Origin: Candidatus Onthoplasma sp.
Lineage (GTDB): Bacteria; Bacillota; Clostridia; Christensenellales; UBA1242
Direction of reading: 5' to 3'
DNA length: 64,000 nucleotides
Assembly (NCBI GenBank): GCA_965646995.1
Contig: CBFGBH010000001.1
Span: 16,372 to 80,371, forward strand
Both the position numbers and the translations under genes were made by a program. The notes beneath the pieces are model-generated. The model was not told the DNA's origin, searched no databases, and saw only the letters and a program-made list of their open reading frames with translations. Shown here piece after piece: positions 57,043 to 64,000 of this stretch. Within the stretch, counting starts at the first letter, position 1. Each line of letters opens with the position of its first letter.

Positions 57043-59676
57043 TTATAGTATTTTTTTGAATTTTGATGGTTTTTTAATATATTTTTTATTTTTTCCTTCA
57101 TGAGAAAATATTAATTTACATACTTCACATAATGGGATAATACTAATAGAGACGATAATTACTGTGAGCCATTGTGAGAAATTCAAAAATTCCAATCCGA
57201 ATAAAGTATACATAAATGGCACACATGCTACAACTAAGTTAATCACCATCGTAACTATAAAACACAAATTGAATACTTTATTATCAAATAGATTCTTATC
57301 GAATAGACTATTATTTGTCTTGCAATTTATACTATGTAATGTCTGCATGAATATTATCGTGAAGAACACCATAGTGCTAGCCACTTCCGGAGAATAACAG
57401 AATGCACCGACCACAAATACGACAATTGCAAGTAAAGTCTGTATAATTGCTTGATAGATTATAGCTACTCCAACTTTACCACCGAACAGACCTGCTTTGG
57501 AATTCCTAGGTGGAGATGTCATGACCTCAGGTTCTACTTTTTCTAATCCTAATGCGAATGCTGGCAAACTATCCGTTACTAAATTGATAAACAACATCTG
57601 AGCCGGCATCAAGAATGTGTAATTTGGGAAGAACAAAAGTGCTATCAGCATTCCAAATACTTCTACACAGTTAGTAGAGATTAAGAATTGAAGTGCCTTC
57701 TGAATATTATTATATACTTTTCTGCCCTCTTCCACTGCAACCACAATAGATGCAAAATTATCGTCTGTCACTATCATATCTGCTACATTTTTCACTACAT
57801 CTGTACCGCTCTTTCCCATACCTACACCTATATCTGCTATCTTAAGACTAGGTGCATCATTTACTCCATCTCCAGTCATCGCAACTATCTTCTTTAGCCC
57901 CTTAAATGCTTTAACTATTCTAACCTTGTGTTCGGGGCTAACTCGTGCATAAACCGTATAATTATTGCATACTTTCTTCAACTCTGCATCAGAGAGTTTA
58001 TCCAGCTCTTCGCCTGTAATGACTTCGTCAAGCGACTTCGCAATACCTAATTCTGATGCAATTGCGTATGCAGTACGCTTGTGGTCTCCAGTAATCATGA
58101 CAGGCTTTAACCCTGCCTTGAAACAACTGGCGATACTAGCCTTAACTTCTGGTCTAGGATTGTCCATCATACCTGCGAGTCCCAAGAACACCATATCTTC
58201 TTCTAGAGCATCGTTGGGATTAAACACATCAAACTCTTTTGACGCAAAGCCAATTACACGCAAAGCTTTGTCTGTCATATCGTCATTAATTTTTCTGATT
58301 TTTTTTCGTAAATCTTCACTAAATGGTAAAATCTGCTCTCCAATTCTAATGTATTTACATCTTTTTAATAAAACTTCGGGAGCTCCTTTGCTATAACTCT
58401 TCACACCGCTATCATTAACTATCACAGTCATCATCTTCCTAGTAGAGTTAAATGCAATTTCATGAATTACTTTCTGTCTCACATATTCACAGCGATTAGT
58501 CGCATATTCATACAACGCAGATTCTGTTGGCTCACCTACTACTTTACCATTCTCTAATTTTGAGTTATTGCAAAGTATCATGCATTTCATCATCTCATCA
58601 AAAGTATTGCCGGACAAAACATTAAAATCATCATCCAAATAAGTATCAACTACTTGCATTTTGTTTTGCGTTAATGTACCTGTTTTGTCTGAACATATCA
58701 CTTCACAGCTACCCAGTGTCTCTACCGCATGTAAATGTTTAATAATGCATTTTCTTTTTGCGAGTTGTTGTACGCCTAATGCAAGTATTATAGTAATAAC
58801 TGCAGGTAAGCTTTCCGGTATAGCTGCCACTGCCAAAGCCACAGATGTCATAATGGCATTCATTATATTGTCGCCCGCAATGAGTTCTATTGCAAGTATC
58901 ACAGCACATATGCCTAGAGTCGCAAAGGTCAAAATTTTGCCAATCTTATCAATTGATTTCTGTAGCGGAGTGATGTCTTTTTTCGCATGAAATAGAATAT
59001 TGGCTATCTTCCCTAGTTCTGTATCATTACCTGTGGCTACGACAATACCCTTTGCTTTACCACTCGTCACCATACTGCCAGAATACGCCATGTTTTTTCG
59101 CTCAGCTAGCGGAGTATTGTCTAATAGAATAACATCTGCACTCTTCTCGACTGGTACACTCTCCCCTGTGAGCGAACTTTCATCACACGACAGATTATTA
59201 CTCTCAATGAGTCGTATATCTGCCATAACAACATTGCCAGCCTCTATTTCGACTATGTCGCCTACCACTAGATTCGTGGAGTCTACATTTAATGTAGCTC
59301 CACCTCGAATGACCTTAACATTGGTTTTACTATATTTCTGCAAATCATCAATACATGCTTGTGCTTTATTTTCTTGAAACACTCCGATAAAAGCATTGAC
59401 AATCACAATAAATAGTATTACAAATCCTTCAAACAAATCGGAATATTCTTTATTGATTATCGCAATACTAAGAGATACTATTGCCGATACTAAAAGAATT
59501 GCAACCATTATATTTATAAATTGCTTGAAAAAGCATTTGATGAAAGATTGTCTTTTTGTCTTTTCTAATTCATTTTTGCCATTCTTTTTTAATCTATTTT
59601 GCGCTTCAGCGTTAGTAATCCCTGTCTTTTTCGTATCTAGACGCTCATATACTTGATTAATATTGAGATTAAACAT
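57043..59676 (-). CDS. P-type ATPase, Ca2+-transporting (type IIA-like)
   Basis: 877 aa. Phosphorylation motif CSDKTGTLT, hinge motif TGDGVNDAPSLK, TGES actuator motif. Confidence 0.9.
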   Translation of the reverse strand: MFNLNINQVYERLDTKKTGITNAEAQNRLKKNGKNELEKTKRQSFIKCFFKQFINIMVAILLVSAIVSLSIAIINKEYSDLFEGFVILFIVIVNAFIGVFQENKAQACIDDLQKYSKTNVKVIRGGATLNVDSTNLVVGDIVEIEAGNVVMADIRLIESNNLSCDESSLTGESVPVEKSADVILLDNTPLAERKNMAYSGSMVTSGKAKGIVVATGNDTELGKIANILFHAKKDITPLQKSIDKIGKILTFATLGICAVILAIELIAGDNIMNAIMTSVALAVAAIPESLPAVITIILALGVQQLAKRKCIIKHLHAVETLGSCEVICSDKTGTLTQNKMQVVDTYLDDDFNVLSGNTFDEMMKCMILCNNSKLENGKVVGEPTESALYEYATNRCEYVRQKVIHEIAFNSTRKMMTVIVNDSGVKSYSKGAPEVLLKRCKYIRIGEQILPFSEDLRKKIRKINDDMTDKALRVIGFASKEFDVFNPNDALEEDMVFLGLAGMMDNPRPEVKASIASCFKAGLKPVMITGDHKRTAYAIASELGIAKSLDEVITGEELDKLSDAELKKVCNNYTVYARVSPEHKVRIVKAFKGLKKIVAMTGDGVNDAPSLKIADIGVGMGKSGTDVVKNVADMIVTDDNFASIVVAVEEGRKVYNNIQKALQFLISTNCVEVFGMLIALLFFPNYTFLMPAQMLFINLVTDSLPAFALGLEKVEPEVMTSPPRNSKAGLFGGKVGVAIIYQAIIQTLLAIVVFVVGAFCYSPEVASTMVFFTIIFMQTLHSINCKTNNSLFDKNLFDNKVFNLCFIVTMVINLVVACVPFMYTLFGLEFLNFSQWLTVIIVSISIIPLCEVCKLIFSHEGKNKKYIKKPSKFKKIL

Positions 59677-59809
59677 ACCTTAGTTTATTTATCTCTTTGT
59701 CCAAATAGAACTTTGGTAATATGAATGGAATTCAAGTATTTTTCATATTTTAACATAAAACATTGTATTTTATAAACTTTTATGTTAATATCAATTTGTA
59801 GGTGTATAA

Positions 59810-61642
59810 ATGCACAATATTAATAGCGTTATCGACAAATTCACGATTTTTGATAAAAAAAAGGTCGAAGAATTATTAAATATACTCAAAGATATGGGTC
59901 TATCTGATGAAAAAATGTTTGAAGGAGCCTTGTACTATGCTCTTACACTTAAAAAGATCACATTGGACGAAATCAAGCAAAATTATCCAGATAATATTTT
60001 TAACACTCTTTCCATTCTTGACAAACTTGATAAACTGAATTATTCACAGCAGACAACTGAAGCTGAAAATTTGAGGAAGATGTTCTTTGCCATTACCAAA
60101 GATGTACGCACTATTATGCTAAAAATAGGTTTAGTGGTGACTCAATGTCGTTTCGCTGAAAATTTAGACGAAGATGCTAGACTCGAGCTTGCTCATTCCG
60201 TCTACGCGCTCTATGCTCCACTGGCTGCAAGGCTAGGATTGTCTAACTACAAGACAGAACTAGAGAATTCAGCATTTCAAATATGCGAGATAGACAAATA
60301 TAACGAAATACAAGAAGAAGTAGATCGTAGATTCCACAAACGACAACCAATAGTAGAACGTCTCATCACTCTCGTAAAAAATTGTATGGATGAACTGGGC
60401 ATCAAGGGTCGAGTCTCAGGCAGAAAAAAACATATTTATAGTATATATAAAAAACTCGACTCGCACACCCTAGATACCATATACGATCTAATCGCTGTGC
60501 GTGCTATAGTTCCTAGCATAGCTGACTGCTATGCGTTGATAGGTAGACTACATAGCGAAGTCGAACCAATCAAAAATAGATATAAAGATTATATCGCAAC
60601 ACCTAAGCCAAATGGCTATCAGTCTATACACTCGACCGTTAAGTTCGAGGGTTTCCCTGTGGAAATTCAAGTCCGTTCGGAAGAGATGCACAGATATGCA
60701 GAATACGGAATAGCAGCTCATTGGTTGTATAAAGAAAAAAGAAGTAAACAAGATTCACTAGACATTCAACTCGCATGGCTTAGACAGATGCTAGAGAATG
60801 ATGAAACCAGCATAGAAGACCTGACCGACTCGCTTAACCAAGACATATATAATAATGACATATTTGTCCAAACACCAAAAGGCAAAGTCATATATCTACC
60901 ATCAGGTTCAACGCCTATAGACTTTGCATATCATATACATAGCGAAGTAGGTAACAAATGTGTGGGAGCTAAGGTAAATGGAAAGATAGTACCTACCACT
61001 CATACTCTTAGCAATGGCGATGTGGTTGAGATTATCACTAATCCCAACTCAAAAGGTCCATCAAGAGATTGGTTGAAACTCTGTAAGACCAGCGAGGCTA
61101 GGTCTAAAATAAATGCTTTCTTCAAGAAAAATATGAAAGATGATAACATCCGACTAGGAAAAACCATGCTGGAAAATGCTATTAAGGAAAAAGGTTACGC
61201 CGTTAATAAATTGATGGACAAAAAGAGTCTGGAAGAAATATTATCATACTACAACATGAACGAAATAGACGAACTATATGCAAATATCGGCACTAATGCT
61301 ATTAGCGCCAAATATCTAGCAAATAAATTAGCAGTCAGCTATCAAAAACAATTGAAGATAGTAGAATCGTCTCATACTCTAGAACGCAGTGTCACTCTCG
61401 CCGAGCCACAAGAAAATCAAATCACATTAAAGGGACTAAATAATATTCTGATGAAATTCGCTGCATGCTGTCATCCTATGCATGGAGATGACATCATAGG
61501 CTTCATATCCGCAGGTCGTGGGGTCATTATTCATCGTAGTATCTGCCCCAATGTATCATACTTTGATAGCTCTAGATTGATTGAGGCTAGCTGGAAACCT
61601 CTAGCTGAAAAAACAAAAAAATCTAATAAAAATACTAAATAA
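59810..61642 (+). CDS. relA: RelA/SpoT-homolog (p)ppGpp synthetase with a degenerate hydrolase domain
   Basis: 610 aa. Synthetase motifs GRKKHIYSIYKKL, DLIAVRAIV, YQSIHSTV and EIQVRSEEMH. TGS domain present. The N-terminal 150 aa lack the HD and other metal-binding residues. Confidence 0.85.
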   Translation: MHNINSVIDKFTIFDKKKVEELLNILKDMGLSDEKMFEGALYYALTLKKITLDEIKQNYPDNIFNTLSILDKLDKLNYSQQTTEAENLRKMFFAITKDVRTIMLKIGLVVTQCRFAENLDEDARLELAHSVYALYAPLAARLGLSNYKTELENSAFQICEIDKYNEIQEEVDRRFHKRQPIVERLITLVKNCMDELGIKGRVSGRKKHIYSIYKKLDSHTLDTIYDLIAVRAIVPSIADCYALIGRLHSEVEPIKNRYKDYIATPKPNGYQSIHSTVKFEGFPVEIQVRSEEMHRYAEYGIAAHWLYKEKRSKQDSLDIQLAWLRQMLENDETSIEDLTDSLNQDIYNNDIFVQTPKGKVIYLPSGSTPIDFAYHIHSEVGNKCVGAKVNGKIVPTTHTLSNGDVVEIITNPNSKGPSRDWLKLCKTSEARSKINAFFKKNMKDDNIRLGKTMLENAIKEKGYAVNKLMDKKSLEEILSYYNMNEIDELYANIGTNAISAKYLANKLAVSYQKQLKIVESSHTLERSVTLAEPQENQITLKGLNNILMKFAACCHPMHGDDIIGFISAGRGVIIHRSICPNVSYFDSSRLIEASWKPLAEKTKKSNKNTK

Positions 61643-61651
61643 TCAATGTTT

Positions 61652-61685
61652 CTACAGACTGCGTGATTGCAATCTGTAGTTTTTT
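61652..61685 (+). terminator. Rho-independent terminator after the rel-like gene
   Basis: Hairpin CTACAGA/TCTGTAG with inner TGC/GCA pairs, followed by TTTTTT. Confidence 0.65.
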
Positions 61686-61767
61686 CTATCTCAATAATAA
61701 AAACACTTGATTACTCTGCCTACCATATGGTATACTGATTTTCATAATTACGATGATAGGAGTATTG

Positions 61768-62547
61768 ATGAAATACGGCGACGAAATCTATTATCAAAAC
61801 GAGCTCGAAGATGAAATAATTGACTTTAAAATCAACAAAAAGAAAATAGATGAGAATTATAAATACATACATAAAAATATCTTTTATCGGTTTTTTTCGT
61901 GCTTGAGTTATCGTCTAATAGCTCTACCTATCGCTTTCTTTTTCAAATTAAATCATCATATACATTTTAAAAATAAAAAAATTTTAAAACCTTTCAAAAA
62001 AACAGGTTATTTTATATATGGTAATCATACCAATCAATTCTCAGACGGATTCTCTCCTGCTTTGATTAATCATGCTAAAAAACCATATCTAATAGTCAAT
62101 TCGGACAACGTCTCAATGCCATTTTTAGGCAAACTTACACCCATGTGGGGAGCTCTACCACTACCCGATAATTTAGCTGCTGGTAAAAACTTTCATCAAG
62201 CTATTAAATATCATGTAGACAAACACCATCCAATAATCATTTACCCAGAAGCACATCTATGGCCTTATTATACCAAGATTAGACCTTTTGATAGCAAATC
62301 ATTTCGTTATCCAGTCGAATACAACAAACCCGCATTCACTTTCACTACTACATATCATCTCAGGAAACAAGGTAAACGACCACGCATTGATATTTATGTA
62401 GATGGACCTTTCTACCCTGATGAATCGTTAGACATTCAATCAAGACGCCAAAAATTAAGAGATGAAGTATATTCCAAAATGTGCGAGCGTGCAAGCCTAA
62501 GCGATTATGAATATGTGAAATACATAAGGAGAAAAAAAGATGATTAA
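61768..62547 (+). CDS. acyltransferase, PlsC/LPLAT-like
   Basis: Start at the RBS-preceded ATG 61768. GNHTNQFSD and IIIYPEAHLW resemble acyltransferase blocks I and III, although block I is HX5D rather than HX4D. Confidence 0.45.
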   Translation: MKYGDEIYYQNELEDEIIDFKINKKKIDENYKYIHKNIFYRFFSCLSYRLIALPIAFFFKLNHHIHFKNKKILKPFKKTGYFIYGNHTNQFSDGFSPALINHAKKPYLIVNSDNVSMPFLGKLTPMWGALPLPDNLAAGKNFHQAIKYHVDKHHPIIIYPEAHLWPYYTKIRPFDSKSFRYPVEYNKPAFTFTTTYHLRKQGKRPRIDIYVDGPFYPDESLDIQSRRQKLRDEVYSKMCERASLSDYEYVKYIRRKKDD

Positions 62548-63349
62548 TGTCCTATTCGGTGGTAATTACAAAGTCTTGGATGGCTTGACCTTGTGCTTAA
62601 TGTCTATGGTTAAGCATACTGACGACGCTCTAAATATCTTTATACTCACAGCAGATGTGAGTGAATTAAATCAAGATTATAAACCAATCACAGAAATCAA
62701 TCGCGTCCTGCTAGAATCTATCATTAAGGAAAAAAATCCTAATAGTACAGTCACTTTAATTAAATTAGAAAAAGACTTCAATAAATGGATATTATCTAGC
62801 CAAAACAAACTCAGCAAATATACTCCATATACATTTTTAAGACTATTTGCAGACAAAATTGATGAAATCCCTGATAAGATTATATATTTAGATACCGATA
62901 TTATGCTAAATGGAGATATCAGCGAACTATTTAATATTGATATATCAAACTATGAGTTGGGTGTCATTTTAGATAGATATGGAAAGATTTTTATAGGTAG
63001 AAGATATTTTAATGCAGGCGTACTGCTTATCAATATGAATGAAGCCAAGCAATCAAATCTATTCGAGCGCACCAAAGAGTTATGTTTAAATAAAAAAATG
63101 GCCTTTGGCGACCAAGATGCGCTCAACCGTTGTGCAAAAAAAATCAAATTCTTACCGCGTAAATTTAACGAACAGGGAAACTTACGCTCAGATACAGTAG
63201 TTCAACACTTTACCAAACGCTTTACTCTATTCCCATATTTCCATACTATAAATATAAAACCATGGCATATTGATAAGGTACATAAAGTAAGGAAGAATTT
63301 TAATTACGATGATATATACGAGAGATTTTCAAGATTAAAAAACAGATAA
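62540..63349 (+). CDS. glycosyltransferase family 8
   Basis: 269 aa. DxD motif YLDTDIM, NAGVLLINM, and GDQDALN typical of GT8 (LgtC/RfaJ-like). Confidence 0.75.
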   Translation: MINVLFGGNYKVLDGLTLCLMSMVKHTDDALNIFILTADVSELNQDYKPITEINRVLLESIIKEKNPNSTVTLIKLEKDFNKWILSSQNKLSKYTPYTFLRLFADKIDEIPDKIIYLDTDIMLNGDISELFNIDISNYELGVILDRYGKIFIGRRYFNAGVLLINMNEAKQSNLFERTKELCLNKKMAFGDQDALNRCAKKIKFLPRKFNEQGNLRSDTVVQHFTKRFTLFPYFHTINIKPWHIDKVHKVRKNFNYDDIYERFSRLKNR

Positions 63350-63416
63350 GTGCAATTATATTTCAGCAGTTTGAAAAATATATAATTTGTGCTACAATAC
63401 AAATGGAGAATATATT

Positions 63417-64000
63417 ATGAAATTAGATATCAATATTCTTAAAGATAGTGAAGATTTCTTTTTAAACGATTTATTAGTTCAGAAGAATTTTGAACTTGAA
63501 GGTATTTTTAACAAAGACACTGAAGAAAATTCGTTTGACGGATGCGAACCATTAACAGAAAATTTTCCTTATATCAGAAAAGGATTTAAACACAGCATTA
63601 AACATTTCATATTCACTACAGCACTTAAAGCGTACTCTAAAAAAATCAACAAAGAATTAACTAACTTAACCATACTTGGAAAAGCCAATTTGAAAGGTGT
63701 CAAAGGTGCAATTGTCACATGTAATCATGTCAGCAAAGTTGACTCATTTGCAGTGCGAGCAGCTGTAGGCTACAATATCAACTATGTCGCTGCTGATTTT
63801 AATAACTGGAAAGGTCTCATGGGTGATATAGGTAGAAATACGGGCTTTCTACCTTTACCTAGTGACTTGAATAAAAATCTAATGCGAAAGTTTAATCAGT
63901 CAATAGAATATTACCTTAAGAAAGGTAGAAAAATACTCATCTATCCAGAGCAGGCTATGTGGCGTGAATACAAGAAACCTAGACCAATGAAAAACGGAGC
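63417..64000 (+). CDS. acyltransferase, PlsC/LPLAT-like (3' end beyond the window)
   Basis: Not in the ORF track because it has no stop codon in the window. Hand translation: MKLDINILKD...VTCNHVSKVDSF (HX4D)...ILIYPEQAMW. RBS GGAG. Confidence 0.6.
   Translation, partial: MKLDINILKDSEDFFLNDLLVQKNFELEGIFNKDTEENSFDGCEPLTENFPYIRKGFKHSIKHFIFTTALKAYSKKINKELTNLTILGKANLKGVKGAIVTCNHVSKVDSFAVRAAVGYNINYVAADFNNWKGLMGDIGRNTGFLPLPSDLNKNLMRKFNQSIEYYLKKGRKILIYPEQAMWREYKKPRPMKNG

Overview
AT-rich (about 30% GC by eye, not computed), gene-dense chromosomal window from a Firmicutes-type bacterium. It uses the standard genetic code: Trp codons are TGG and long conserved ORFs have no internal TGA. The housekeeping backbone includes rplI, spoVT, initiator tRNA-Met, a U32 peptidase, pth-mfd, acpP, ftsH, tyrS, ychF, uppP, gltX, a P-type ATPase and a Rel-like synthetase. 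Six accessory or unusual elements stand out. (1) A type IV secretion cluster at about 2.0-12.3 kb with no relaxase or integrase. It has VirB4 with a VirB3-like N-terminus, a VirB6-like polytopic protein, VirD4, a two-TM pilin-like protein and a lipoprotein, and ends about 0.7 kb before the tRNA. (2) A structured RNA of about 575 nt with no ORF and its own consensus promoter, followed by a 4-TM membrane protein gene. This is best explained as an OLE RNA/oapA pair; if covariance models do not confirm that, it is a new large RNA. (3) A type III toxin-antitoxin locus: a ToxN/AbiQ-like RNase plus about 2.9 tandem 39-nt RNA repeats, with a promoter and an internal terminator. The ORF track mistranslates the repeats as a 73-aa protein. 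(4) That locus sits on a cassette of about 815 bp bracketed by two copies of the last 24 codons (23 sense codons plus stop) of an HTH gene, and the copies differ only at synonymous sites. (5) A MuF-like zinc-ribbon toxin and a small immunity-like gene that overlap by 4 nt. (6) A recurrent TGnTATAAT-N6/7-ATG arrangement in front of at least eight genes, which implies widespread leaderless mRNAs and corrects several track start codons. Also noted: a frameshift-split MBL/ComEC-like gene, a 56-aa HTH ORF missing from the track, GC-rich hairpins between convergent genes, and a Rel homolog without hydrolase residues. No CRISPR array, rRNA, transposase or integrase was seen. Coordinates of non-coding features were counted by hand and may be off by 1 nt.
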